Notes: generated by a model not told the origin, from the letters alone. Shown: positions 1-9,099, numbered from the stretch's first letter. The stretch: 64,000 bases of DNA from an uncultured Thermoplasmata archaeon (GCA_963735185.1 CAVTJV010000007.1:1239791-1303790); one strand, 5' to 3'. Program-made: numbers and translations.

Positions 1-281
1 GCGCCCTTTCCACCGGTGCATTCAACGACCAGACGCTCTTCTTCAACGTCGCCGGGGCGGTCGTCATGCTCGTCGGCCGGTACGTGCCGATCCTGGCGAT
101 GCTCATGGTCGCGGACCTGTTCGCGAGCCAGGAAGCCCTGCCCGCGAGCGCGGGCACCATGAAGACCGCCAGTGGCACGTTCACGATCTACCTCACTCTG
201 TTCCTGATCATCGTGACGGCGCTCCTCTTCCTGCCCGTGATGGCGATGGGGCCGCTGGCCCAGATCTTCGGAGGGATGTAG
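1..281 (+). CDS. kdpA: Potassium-transporting ATPase subunit KdpA, C-terminal fragment (gene starts upstream of window)
   Basis: The frame is open from nt 3. The text ...AGAVVMLVGRYVPILAMLMVADLFA...TIYLTLFLIIVTALLFLPVMAMGPLAQIF matches the conserved KdpA C-terminus. It ends at a TAG 1 nt before the kdpB-like ORF. Confidence 0.85.
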   Translation, partial: ALSTGAFNDQTLFFNVAGAVVMLVGRYVPILAMLMVADLFASQEALPASAGTMKTASGTFTIYLTLFLIIVTALLFLPVMAMGPLAQIFGGM

Positions 282-282
282 C

Positions 283-3093
283 GTGGCGTCCGAGTTCACG
301 ATGGAACCGGGAGCCCACGTCTCGGTCCGCAAGGTCCCACATATGTCCGGGCGCAGGGTCCTCGCGTCGTCGTTCCGGGGCTTCGACCCTCGCCGGGAAA
401 TCCACAACCCGATGATGTTCTGCGTCTACCTTCTGTTCCTCTTCCTGGTCGTGCTCACTCTCGCTCCGTGGGCGTTCCCCGACATCGCTCGCACCTACAA
501 TCCCGACTACTACCTCGCCGTGACGGTCATCCTATTCCTCACCCTGTGGTTCGCGAACCTCTCGGATGCGCTCGCCGAGGCCCAGGGAAGGGCCCAGGCC
601 GACAGCCTCCGAGAGATCCAGAGCGGCATCCAGGCGCGCCAGGTCCGTCCGGACGGCAGCCTCGTCTGGGTCGCCTCCGACGTCCTTCGGGTGGGGGACA
701 CGGTCGAGGTTCGTCCGGGCGAGCCGATCCCGATCGATGGCGATGTGATCCACGGGGCGGCACTGATCGACGAGTCGATGATGACCGGGGAGTCCGAAGC
801 AGTCACCCGGGAGAGCGGCGGGGACAAGACGAGCGTTCTGGGAGGGACCCGCGTCCTCCAGGGGACCATCCGGATCCGGGTCACGACGGAGAAGGGCGAG
901 TCATTCCTCGACCGCATGATCCGCCTCGTCGAAGGTCAGGGACGGGACCGGACCCCGAACGAGCTCGCCCTTGGCGTGCTGCTCTACGCGTTCACGATCT
1001 CGCTCTTCACCGTGGTCGTGACGTTCATCTTCCTCGCGGACTTCACGGACATCATCTACATCGACATCGCAACGATCGTCGCACTGTTCGTCTGCCTGAT
1101 GCCGACGACGATCGGGGCGCTCCTTCCCGCGATTGGAATCTCCGGAGTCAACCGGGTCGCCCGAGCGAACGTCATCGCGAAGTCCGGAAAAGCCGTCGAG
1201 GCCGCCGGCGACCTGGATGTCCTGATCCTGGACAAGACGGGAACGATCACCATCGGGAACCGTCTCGCGGTTCAGCTCGTCACTGCCCCGGAGGTATCGA
1301 TGGCCGAGCTGCTCGACGCGGCCCTGCTCTGCTCGAGCCTCGACGAGACCCCCGAAGGACGTTCGATTGTCCGCCTCGTCGCCCGCCGGGGGACCCAGCC
1401 CCGCCGCCTCGAGCCGGGGACGTTCAAGGTCCTCCCCTTTACGGCCGAGCGGCGCATGAGCGGGATCGTCCTCGCCGACGGACGGGAGGTGTTCAAGGGG
1501 TCGCTCCAGGCGATCGAGACGTACGGAGCAATCCTCCCCCTCGAGCTCCGGCGAAAGGCGACCGAAGCGTCCCAGCAAGGGATGACGCCCCTCGCGATCG
1601 CGAGCGGGAGGCGCGCGCTCGGTCTCGTGTACTTCAAGGACGTGGTGAAGCCGGGCATCAAAGACCGTCTTCGCGAGCTCAAGACGATGGGCATTCGCAC
1701 GATCATGTGCACGGGCGACAATCGGCTCACCGCGGCGGCGATCGCCCAGGAGAGCGGTGTCGACGACTACGTAGCCGAGGCCAAACCCGAGGCGAAGCTC
1801 GTCCTGATCCAACGGGAGAAGGCCCAGGGACGACTCGTCGCGATGACCGGGGACGGGACGAACGACGCCCCGGCGCTCGCGCGGGCGGATGTGGGTCTCG
1901 CCATGAACAGTGGGACGAGCGCGGCGAAGGAGGCCGGCAACATGGTCGACCTGGACAGCGACCCCACGAAGCTGATCGAGGTCGTATCGATCGGCAAGCA
2001 GCTCCTCATCACGCGCGGCGGGCTCACGACGTTCTCGATCACCAACGACGTCGCGAAATACTTCGCCATCATCCCGGCGGTCTTCATCGCGGCAGGTGCC
2101 GGAACCCTGCCCGGGATCGCGATCCTGAACCTGCTCGGCCTTTCCAACCCTGACCTCGCCGTGATCTCCGCGCTCGTGTTCAACGCGGTCATCATCCCGC
2201 TGCTGATTCCCATGGCCCTCTATGGTGTCCCGTTCCGACCCAGGAGCGCGATTGACCTCTTGCGCCGGAACCTTCTCCTCTACGGGTTTGGCGGTTTGAT
2301 CAGCGCGTTCGTTGGGATCAAGCTCATCTACATCTTCCTCGCGTGGGTAGAGACGCTTCCCTGGGTCCAGTACCTGGGGGTCGTCGTCACCCACCTGTTG
2401 CCGCTAGGGGACTATGAGCGCCTCCTCGGTCCCTTCCCCGGCGGCCCCGAAGGAGCCGGCGGGGCCTCCCCGTCCGCTCGGACCCGCACCCACTCCGGCC
2501 TCCAGCACGTGCGAGCGACGGTCGTCTTCCTCGTCCTGGCCATCGTGGTCTCGGGGGTCGTCTACCCCGCCATCGTCACGGGGATCGCCGAGCTCACCGA
2601 CCCTTCGGTCGCGAGCGGGTCGCTCCTCCGAGACCCGAACGGCAATGTCATCGGTTCCTCGCTCATCGCTCAGAACACGAGCGCGCCGTACCTCTTCTGG
2701 GAACGACCTTCCATGACGGACTACAACACGACGCTGGGGGCCGATACGCCGCCCGGGCCGAGCGACCCGGCGCTCGGGGCGCTCCTGAACGAGACGATCG
2801 CGTACATGGACGTGGCGTGGAACTACAGCGCGAACCACACCCTGCCGTACTGGCTCGTCGCGCCGTCCGGGTCGGACCTCGACCCGGACCTCGTCCCCCA
2901 GGCGGTCCTGATCCAGATCCCGCGGATCTCGGAGGCCACGGCCAATAACTCGACCCTCCAGTTTGTGTCGGTCGCCCGCCTCACGGACCTGGTCAATTCG
3001 TATATCACGAACCCGGTCATCCCCTACGTCGGGGTACCGTACGTGAACGTCCTGAAACTCGACCTCGCGCTGCTCCCGCTCATCGGGAAGTGA
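283..3093 (+). CDS. kdpB: P-type K+-ATPase KdpB fused in frame to KdpC (single 936-aa ORF)
   Basis: P-type motifs are present: DKTGTITIGN, MCTGDN and MTGDGTNDAPALA. Residues ~1-690 are colinear with KdpB up to LLRRNLLLYGFGGLISAFVGIKLI. A ~45-aa G/P-rich linker follows, and then KdpC hallmarks (TM helix VVFLVLAIVVSGVVYPAIVTGIAEL, ...WLVAPSGSDLDPDLVPQAVL...). No stop codon separates the two parts. The start is GTG at 283, with an ATG alternative at 301. Confidence 0.85.
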   Translation: MASEFTMEPGAHVSVRKVPHMSGRRVLASSFRGFDPRREIHNPMMFCVYLLFLFLVVLTLAPWAFPDIARTYNPDYYLAVTVILFLTLWFANLSDALAEAQGRAQADSLREIQSGIQARQVRPDGSLVWVASDVLRVGDTVEVRPGEPIPIDGDVIHGAALIDESMMTGESEAVTRESGGDKTSVLGGTRVLQGTIRIRVTTEKGESFLDRMIRLVEGQGRDRTPNELALGVLLYAFTISLFTVVVTFIFLADFTDIIYIDIATIVALFVCLMPTTIGALLPAIGISGVNRVARANVIAKSGKAVEAAGDLDVLILDKTGTITIGNRLAVQLVTAPEVSMAELLDAALLCSSLDETPEGRSIVRLVARRGTQPRRLEPGTFKVLPFTAERRMSGIVLADGREVFKGSLQAIETYGAILPLELRRKATEASQQGMTPLAIASGRRALGLVYFKDVVKPGIKDRLRELKTMGIRTIMCTGDNRLTAAAIAQESGVDDYVAEAKPEAKLVLIQREKAQGRLVAMTGDGTNDAPALARADVGLAMNSGTSAAKEAGNMVDLDSDPTKLIEVVSIGKQLLITRGGLTTFSITNDVAKYFAIIPAVFIAAGAGTLPGIAILNLLGLSNPDLAVISALVFNAVIIPLLIPMALYGVPFRPRSAIDLLRRNLLLYGFGGLISAFVGIKLIYIFLAWVETLPWVQYLGVVVTHLLPLGDYERLLGPFPGGPEGAGGASPSARTRTHSGLQHVRATVVFLVLAIVVSGVVYPAIVTGIAELTDPSVASGSLLRDPNGNVIGSSLIAQNTSAPYLFWERPSMTDYNTTLGADTPPGPSDPALGALLNETIAYMDVAWNYSANHTLPYWLVAPSGSDLDPDLVPQAVLIQIPRISEATANNSTLQFVSVARLTDLVNSYITNPVIPYVGVPYVNVLKLDLALLPLIGK

Positions 3094-3905
3094 ACATGTA
3101 CCGACAGATCCTGGTTCCGGTGCAGACCGCCTCCGAGGTCGAGCCGATGCTTCGGTTCGCCTCGATGCTCCTCGAGGCCGACGGAGAGATCCGGGTCCTC
3201 CACGTCATCCCGACCACCACCCTCCCCGAGGTGACCCGGGAGTGGCGAGCGTCGGTCAACATCGTGGTCCCCGCGCACGAAATGGGGGCGGCGCTCGACG
3301 TCCGGGTCGACCCGGAGGTCCGGGCCGCGACGGACGTACCGGGCGAGATCCTGGAGAGCGCCGAATCGCACAACGTCGACGCCATCCTGCTCTCCCTGGG
3401 GGGCGACCGTCGCAGCTCCCACTTCTTCGTCGGGCACACAGCGACCGGCATCCTCCAGCATTCGCGCGCGGACGCGCTGGTCCTGAACCGCCTCGCGCTC
3501 GCCGCCCCGAAGATCTCCCGGATCCTCGTCTCGACGTTCCGGGATCAACCGGCCCCGAAGGCGATGCTGCTCGCCGAGGAGCTGGCCGTGCGCAACCCGC
3601 CGGCGCCCGTCATCGCGCTCACGCTCGGGGCGCGCGGCCGACCGAACCAGGAAGCAGAGGAGGACCGCGAGGAGACGAGCGCCCGGGGGGTCCGGATCGT
3701 GCACCGCCAGTGTCTGTTTTCCGAGGCGACCTTAGGCCGGCGGCGCCGCCTTCCGGAGCTCCTCCTCCAGGCCGCTCGGGAGGAGCGCTACGGCCTCCTC
3801 CTGGTCGGTGAGGAGGAACGGGGGGGAAGCCCCCTCCTCACGCGCCGGTTCCTCGAGGAGCTGTTCCGGTCGGCGCCCTGTCCCGTGCTCGCGTTCCGCG
3901 ACTAG
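3090..3905 (+). CDS. Tandem universal stress protein (UspA-family) domain protein
   Basis: It has two Usp-like halves: ILVPVQTASEVEPMLRFA...VLHV...GHTATGILQHSRADALVLN and a second half ending ...LFRSAPCPVLAFR. The GTG start overlaps the kdpBC TGA (GTGA). An ATG alternative lies at 3096. Confidence 0.75.
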   Translation: MNMYRQILVPVQTASEVEPMLRFASMLLEADGEIRVLHVIPTTTLPEVTREWRASVNIVVPAHEMGAALDVRVDPEVRAATDVPGEILESAESHNVDAILLSLGGDRRSSHFFVGHTATGILQHSRADALVLNRLALAAPKISRILVSTFRDQPAPKAMLLAEELAVRNPPAPVIALTLGARGRPNQEAEEDREETSARGVRIVHRQCLFSEATLGRRRRLPELLLQAAREERYGLLLVGEEERGGSPLLTRRFLEELFRSAPCPVLAFRD

Positions 3906-3919
3906 GAGCCGTCCGACCG

Positions 3920-4717
3920 ATGGGCGAACTCGCGTTCGTGGGCCTCGGACTCTCTGACGAGCGGGGGGTCTCGGAGCGCGCGCGTGCGGTCCTCTCCTCC
4001 TCCGAGGTCGTCTTTGCCGAGGAGTACACATCGGTCGCGCCGGAGGGGACGGTAGAACGGCTCGGCCGCCTCGTGGGGAAGCCGATCCATCGCCTGGACC
4101 GGCCCCTCTTAGAATCCGAGGGGCCAATCCTGGAGGCCCTTGCCCAACACGCCCGAGTCTCCCTGGTCGTGGTGGGCGACCCGTTCGCGGCGACCACCCA
4201 CGTCGCCCTCCGGCTCGCCGCGGAGCGCGCGGGTCATACCTGGACGTACTGCCCGAACGCGAGCATCCTGACCGCGGCCGCCGGATTCCTCGGGCTGATG
4301 CACTACCGGTTCGGGCGCACCGTCTCCCTGCCGCTCCCGTCCGAGAGCTTCGCCCCGAGGTCCCCGCTCGAGCACATCGCCTCGAACCGGGCGCGGGACC
4401 TCCACACCCTCGTGCTCCTCGACCTGCGTCCCGAGGAGGGACGGTACCTCACCGCCACCGCGGCCCTCGCCCTGATGCGGGAGCGCGACCCCCACGGGGG
4501 TTTCGTCACCGACTCGGACCGCTTTGCGGTGGTCGCCCGGATCGGCCAGGACAGCGCGCGGGCCTGGGTGGGGTCGTTCGCCCACCTACGGACCCTCGAC
4601 TTCGGCCCGCCCATGCATACGATCGTCGTGCTCGCCCCCACCCTCCATTTCGAGGAGGAGGAGGCCCTCCGGCGCTACGCGGTCCCCGACGACGTTCCCC
4701 CGATCGCGCGACCCTAG
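3920..4717 (+). CDS. dphB: Diphthine synthase (Dph5/DphB, tetrapyrrole-methylase fold)
   Basis: The N-terminus LAFVGLGLSDERGVSERARAVLSSSEVVFAEEYTS, and later GDPFAATTH, are typical of archaeal diphthine synthase. The length of 265 aa fits. Confidence 0.85.
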   Translation: MGELAFVGLGLSDERGVSERARAVLSSSEVVFAEEYTSVAPEGTVERLGRLVGKPIHRLDRPLLESEGPILEALAQHARVSLVVVGDPFAATTHVALRLAAERAGHTWTYCPNASILTAAAGFLGLMHYRFGRTVSLPLPSESFAPRSPLEHIASNRARDLHTLVLLDLRPEEGRYLTATAALALMRERDPHGGFVTDSDRFAVVARIGQDSARAWVGSFAHLRTLDFGPPMHTIVVLAPTLHFEEEEALRRYAVPDDVPPIARP

Positions 4718-5115
4718 GGGGCCGACGGGGGTTCGACGCCCCCGGACGGGACGAGCGCTTCCGCGAATTGTCGGATGCGGAACGGTCGGAGAAGAACGGC
4801 GTCGGGACGCTGGGCTGGGTCGGCGGGAGGGTTGGGGGGCCGCGACGCGGGCGCGACCAGGATCACTCGAACTCCGGGCACCACGGCGCGCGCCTGGCCG
4901 ACCAACAGGGACGAGCTCCCCTCAGCAAGGTTGGCGTCCACGACCACGAGGGAGGGGCGGTGGACCCGGATCAGGTCGGTCGCCTGCGTGGCCCCTTCGG
5001 CCTCGCCGTCCACCCGGAAGTGATGCAGGCGAAGGAGGCCTCGCAGCAGGACGCGGGTCTCCTCGTCACCCGCTACCACAATCGCGCTGGACGTCGAGCT
5101 GAGGTCTCCGCTCAA
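4714..5115 (-). CDS. Stand-alone response regulator receiver (CheY-like) domain protein
   Basis: The pattern IVVAGDEETRVLLRGLL...ATQATDLIRVHRPSLVVVDANL...VRVILVAP matches the receiver-domain beta/alpha pattern, including the phospho-acceptor Asp context (VVVD). There is no output domain. Confidence 0.7.
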   Translation of the reverse strand: MSGDLSSTSSAIVVAGDEETRVLLRGLLRLHHFRVDGEAEGATQATDLIRVHRPSLVVVDANLAEGSSSLLVGQARAVVPGVRVILVAPASRPPNPPADPAQRPDAVLLRPFRIRQFAEALVPSGGVEPPSAP

Positions 5116-5280
5116 GGTCGTTGCGCCCGGTCCCGGACCGGTTCGCCCCTCTCTGAGCTCATGTACTTACCCACTTGACCGTGTCACTACTGGGCCCCAC
5201 CAACGGTTGTGCGGCCTATTTCTTACTACCTCTCGAGGTAGATACCCCCCTGAGACGATGAAGGTAGTCCCCGAGGGTTC

Positions 5281-6840
5281 CTACGGTGGCTGCGCACCCG
5301 ATTCGCTCTCCCCCCAGTCGGCCACCCCTGCGGCCTGGAGGAGCCGGTCGAGCGCGCCGTGATACTCGGTCGACGGGGCGGCGAGAAGCTCCCTGGCCCG
5401 TTCCTTGAGGGAGGCCCCGAACTCGCGTTCGGTTGGGGAGAACTGCCAGGCCTGCGCGTTCTCGCGGCCGAGGGCGGCCAGGAAGGCGAACGCCAGTCCC
5501 CGCTCCTTGCCCTCGCTCGGCAGCGACTGCAGGATCGCTCGCTCCGCCCCAGCCTCGTGGTGGGTCCGGAACGCCCGTGCGACGCGGTCCACCCACTCCG
5601 CCTCGCGCGCGAGACGGCGGTAGCGGGGAAGGGTCCCGAGGAGCTCCTTCTCCTCGCTCGACCGTTCCGCCCGTTTCAACAGTTCGGCGACCCGGCCGGG
5701 GGACGACCGGGTCTCCTCGATCAGGCGACGGCTCTCCTTCGGGTCGGGGACGATCGACTGGACGATCGTCTCCGCGTGGTCGCTCCAGAGCTTCTCGAGC
5801 GCCCGGCTCGCGCGCGGCTCATCCACCTCGAACGGCCCCTCCCAGGTGCCGAGAACGGCCTCGAGGGCATGGCGCTCGACGGGGGTCGGCTGGAGCGCGT
5901 CCAGGAACGGCTTCAGTTCGTTGCCGTAGCAGACCCCCCCCGCGATCAGCGTGGTGCGACCGGTCCGTTCGATACGGGCTCGAAGCTCCGAAGCGAAGGC
6001 GTCGAGCAGCCCGGCGTCCGACAGCTTGCCGAGCTCGTAATCGCGCCGGAGCCCGCGGGAGAGCGGTGGGAGGGTGGCGTGGACGCACTCCGGCCCCCCC
6101 TGGCAGCGGACGTTCAGCTCGGCGGAGACGGGAAAGTCCGCCGAAGGGTCCGGCCCCGCGGTCCCGTCGGAGAGGCTCGACAAGAGGTGCCGGTCGCTCT
6201 TCGCGCAGCGTCGGCAGACCCGAAAAGCGGTCCCGGCCCCCGGCCAGCCGACCTCGAGGTACGGTCGGGGCTCACCGGCCTGGAGGTGGGAGCATTCGAA
6301 CCGGTGGGCGGACGGGTTCTCGGTCAGACGGTAGGGGAGGTCGGCGACCTTCTCCGCCCGGAACTCCGGAGGGGGAACCGCGGAGAGGCCGGAGCAGAAG
6401 AGGTTCTTGCGCATCGCGAAGAAATGGAGGCCCTTGCGGGCCCAGTCGAGATACCCGAGCATCAGCCGGTCCGGGTCGTCCGATTGCTGCACCGCGACCT
6501 CTGCCTCCCGGTCGGTGCGGGCGAACGGAGCGTAGGAGACCTGCCCCCCGGGGAGCGCGAAGGCGACCACGGACAGGGGCTTGGGGTCGAGGTAGTAGTG
6601 CAAGAGACCCGCGTACGCCCGCGCGAGCGGGTCCCCCCAGCGCGAGAGCTTCGCGAGACGGCGTTCGTCGTCGCGCGCCTCTCGGACCTCCTCGAGCTCG
6701 GCGCGCCGCCGGTCGAACCGCTCGTGCGGGCACTCCGGCCCCAGCCGGGGCAGCAACGGGTCGACCGACCCCCTCAGGACCTTCGCCCGGGCGACCAGGT
6801 CGTGCTCGCGGACCCCGGACGCCCTGCGGACCCGCGCCAC
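5281..6840 (-). CDS. Hypothetical protein, 519 aa, with central Cys/His clusters and a helical C-terminal half
   Basis: It is a long ORF with coding-like composition. Cys clusters are FECSH...RVCRRCAKSD...VRCQGGPECVH. I do not recognise a family. Confidence 0.6.
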   Translation of the reverse strand: MARVRRASGVREHDLVARAKVLRGSVDPLLPRLGPECPHERFDRRRAELEEVREARDDERRLAKLSRWGDPLARAYAGLLHYYLDPKPLSVVAFALPGGQVSYAPFARTDREAEVAVQQSDDPDRLMLGYLDWARKGLHFFAMRKNLFCSGLSAVPPPEFRAEKVADLPYRLTENPSAHRFECSHLQAGEPRPYLEVGWPGAGTAFRVCRRCAKSDRHLLSSLSDGTAGPDPSADFPVSAELNVRCQGGPECVHATLPPLSRGLRRDYELGKLSDAGLLDAFASELRARIERTGRTTLIAGGVCYGNELKPFLDALQPTPVERHALEAVLGTWEGPFEVDEPRASRALEKLWSDHAETIVQSIVPDPKESRRLIEETRSSPGRVAELLKRAERSSEEKELLGTLPRYRRLAREAEWVDRVARAFRTHHEAGAERAILQSLPSEGKERGLAFAFLAALGRENAQAWQFSPTEREFGASLKERARELLAAPSTEYHGALDRLLQAAGVADWGESESGAQPP

Positions 6841-6886
6841 ACTTCGCCTCGCTCGTCGAACGGGCGGCGGTACTTATTCCCGGGGG

Positions 6887-7453
6887 TCACCGGTGGCACG
6901 CGTCGAGGAAATGTTGGAACATCTCCCGACCGCCTTCGGTATGCTCGACCTCGGGGTGGAACTGAAGCCCCCAGATCAGGAGGGATGGGTGCGCCATCGC
7001 CTGGACCGGGCAGGCGGCGGAATGCGCGAGGATGCTCCAGCCGGGAGGAACGGCCGACACCTGGTCGTTGTGGCTCGACCACACCCGGAGGTGGGACGGT
7101 AATCCTGCGAAGAGCGGATGGTCCGGGCGGTCCACCGTGAGCTCGACCGACCCGAACTCGGGGGCCGCAGCCCGGTCGACCCGCCCCCCAAAGTGACGTC
7201 CGAGGAACTGATGACCGACGCAGATCGCGAGCACCGGCACCTTCCCGGACCCGATCCACTCGCCGACCCGGCCGAGGGGGGCGTCCGTCCCTTCGAGGCT
7301 GAGCGCGCCTCCCGAAAGGACCACGCCGTCGGCGTCCAACTCCCCGAAGGGGGTCGTGTTCGGAAGGATCCTCGTCTCGGCCCCGAGGTCGCGGAGCACC
7401 CGCCACTCCCGGTGCGTCCACTGGCCGCCGTTGTCGAGGACCGGCACCTTCAC
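6887..7453 (-). CDS. guaAA: GMP synthase, glutamine amidotransferase subunit A
   Basis: VLDNGGQWTHREWRVLRDLG, the catalytic LAICVGHQFL and the C-terminal LQFHPEVEHTEGG are the class-I GATase triad context of the archaeal split GMP synthase. The length is 188 aa. Confidence 0.85.
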   Translation of the reverse strand: MKVPVLDNGGQWTHREWRVLRDLGAETRILPNTTPFGELDADGVVLSGGALSLEGTDAPLGRVGEWIGSGKVPVLAICVGHQFLGRHFGGRVDRAAAPEFGSVELTVDRPDHPLFAGLPSHLRVWSSHNDQVSAVPPGWSILAHSAACPVQAMAHPSLLIWGLQFHPEVEHTEGGREMFQHFLDACHR

Positions 7454-7809
7454 GAGTCATCCTCGTCAGCGGAGGAATCGTCCTCGGGTCGGGGGTCGGC
7501 CCGGCCGCGGAGCTCGGCCACGTCGCGTTTGACCTCGCGGAGGTCGGCGCGCATCCGGAGCATCTCCTCCTCGAACGGGGTGAACCCGGCCGTGCTCAGG
7601 ATCCGGTGCGACAGGAAGACGCCGATGAAGATGGCGCCGACGAGGGCGAGGAGTGTCGTGAAGATGAGCGCGACCACGAACGCGAGGGGGTCGGCGATGG
7701 CGTTCTGGACCGGGAGGGTGAAAAAGTGCGTGATCTCGGCGATCTCCACGATGAGCAGCACGACGATGACGGCGACCCACAAGAGGATCGCGACGCGGCT
7801 CGCCTTCAC
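7450..7809 (-). CDS. Small membrane protein (about 3 TM) with coiled-coil and acidic tail
   Basis: Hydrophobic helices include VAILLWVAVIVVLLIVEIAEI and LAFVVALIFTTLLALVGAIFIGVFL. The 4-nt overlaps with both neighbouring genes suggest an operon. Confidence 0.55.
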   Translation of the reverse strand: MKASRVAILLWVAVIVVLLIVEIAEITHFFTLPVQNAIADPLAFVVALIFTTLLALVGAIFIGVFLSHRILSTAGFTPFEEEMLRMRADLREVKRDVAELRGRADPRPEDDSSADEDDS

Positions 7810-8558
7810 GGAACGCCTCCGCTGCCGGCGTTCTCGAGCAGGATCGGCACGGGTAGTGTGGTGTTGGATACCGCGAGGGGGGACGCCACGGCCACCCCCG
7901 AGGTCGCGGTGGCGGAATAAAGGCTCTCACTCCCCGAGGAAGTGGCCTCTAGGATGTAGAACGCGAGCATCCCGACGTACCAGGCGCTCCCGGAAGGGCT
8001 GACGTAGTGGGCGGAGATGTTCAACGCGACCGGGTTGGCGCTTGAGGAGATGATGACCGATAGCACGTCGCTCCCGTTGTACCATTGGGTCCAGTTGAGG
8101 CCGCTCCACGGAGGGGCTGCCCCTGCCGTTGCGTTCCAAAGGAAGGCCGTCGCCAGACCGACATGGATCGAGTCGTAGCGGATGGTCTCTCCCAATGCCC
8201 AGACGTAGAAATGGAGGGGACTGGTGTTCAACGCGATCTTGTCGACGACGAGCTCGGCCTGCGTGAGGAGGCCCGGACCCGGCTGGTGGGTGTTGGCGAC
8301 GAGCACGGGGGTGAGGACGATGATGGCCACGAGCAGCAGCGAGACACCGACCAGGGGCCACGGGGCGTAGACTCCCAGCTTCCCCGGGGACGCCGCCGGG
8401 TCGCGACCGCGGGGGCGCCTCCGTCGCTCATGGGGTTCCCGCCTTCCAGCCCCGGTACAGCTGGTGCGCGACGCCCAGATGGTCGAGCACCTTTCCCGCC
8501 AGGTAATCGGTCGTCTCCTCGACCGACTTCGGCCGGAGGTAGTACGCGGGAGAGGCAA
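7806..8558 (-). CDS. Predicted N-terminally anchored extracellular protein rich in N-glycosylation sequons (start uncertain)
   Basis: A single TM (WPLVGVSLLLVAIIVLTPVLV) is followed by a Ser/Thr/Asn-rich domain with NTS, NAT, NWT, NGS, NIS and NTT sequons. The first ~55 codons overlap ubiX and look non-coding, so the real start is probably internal. Confidence 0.5.
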   Translation of the reverse strand: MPLPRTTSGRSRSRRRPITWRERCSTIWASRTSCTGAGRREPHERRRRPRGRDPAASPGKLGVYAPWPLVGVSLLLVAIIVLTPVLVANTHQPGPGLLTQAELVVDKIALNTSPLHFYVWALGETIRYDSIHVGLATAFLWNATAGAAPPWSGLNWTQWYNGSDVLSVIISSSANPVALNISAHYVSPSGSAWYVGMLAFYILEATSSGSESLYSATATSGVAVASPLAVSNTTLPVPILLENAGSGGVP

Positions 8559-9045
8559 CGAGCACGACCGCTCCGAGCTCGCTCAGCGTGGTCAGATGCC
8601 GCAGGAGGGTCGTGGAGAGGGGGGTCTCTCTCGGGACCACAACGAAGCGTCGCCGCTCCTTCAGGTGCACGGCCGCCGCCCGGGTGAGCAGCGTGTCCCC
8701 GAGCCCGAGGGCGACCTTGGCCGCGGTGTTGGCCGAGCACGGCACGACCACCATCCCTCGCGTCGGGACCGACCCGCTGGCGATCGGAGCGGCGAGGTCG
8801 TCGTCGGAGTACAGCCTTGTGGCCCACGGCCGCAGCGCCTCCACATCAAGGTCGCATTCCTCGCGAAGGACCGTTCGCGCCCCCTCCGAGACGACCAGGG
8901 ATACCGCCGCGTGCGCCTCGTACAGGGCTTTCAAGACCCGGATCGCGATCGGCGCGCCGCTGGCGCCCGACACCCCTACGACGAACGGTGACTCCTCCGT
9001 CATGACAGGACCCGAATGGTAGGTGGCTCCAACGACTCGGCTCAT
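8428..9045 (-). CDS. ubiX: Flavin prenyltransferase UbiX/Pad1 family
   Basis: FVVGVSGASGAPIAIRVLKAL...MVVVPCSANTAAKVALGLGDTLLTRAA... is the classic UbiX flavoprotein signature. The start may be the internal ATG at 9003 (MTEESPF...). Confidence 0.85.
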   Translation of the reverse strand: MSRVVGATYHSGPVMTEESPFVVGVSGASGAPIAIRVLKALYEAHAAVSLVVSEGARTVLREECDLDVEALRPWATRLYSDDDLAAPIASGSVPTRGMVVVPCSANTAAKVALGLGDTLLTRAAAVHLKERRRFVVVPRETPLSTTLLRHLTTLSELGAVVLVASPAYYLRPKSVEETTDYLAGKVLDHLGVAHQLYRGWKAGTP

Positions 9046-9099
9046 AAGACGGTTCGCGAGGCGGGGGCGGTCACCTGCGCGGGGGTGGATATCGGTGGG

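Noticed and set aside
468-2153. 561-aa plus-strand ORF (and the 497-aa minus ORF 901..2394) inside kdpB
   Set aside because: These are off-frame or antisense to a P-type ATPase with all catalytic motifs. The translations are low-complexity R/G/P/D.
4714-4717. Shared CTAG giving overlapping stop codons for the convergent dphB and receiver-domain genes
   Set aside because: It is real, but it is a trivial consequence of the palindromic CTAG. No functional implication can be supported.
5359-7140. 593-aa and 510-aa plus-strand ORFs opposite the 519-aa hypothetical gene and guaAA
   Set aside because: They are Arg/Gly/Pro-rich shadow frames. guaAA on the minus strand is certain, and the minus-strand 519-aa ORF has far more protein-like composition.
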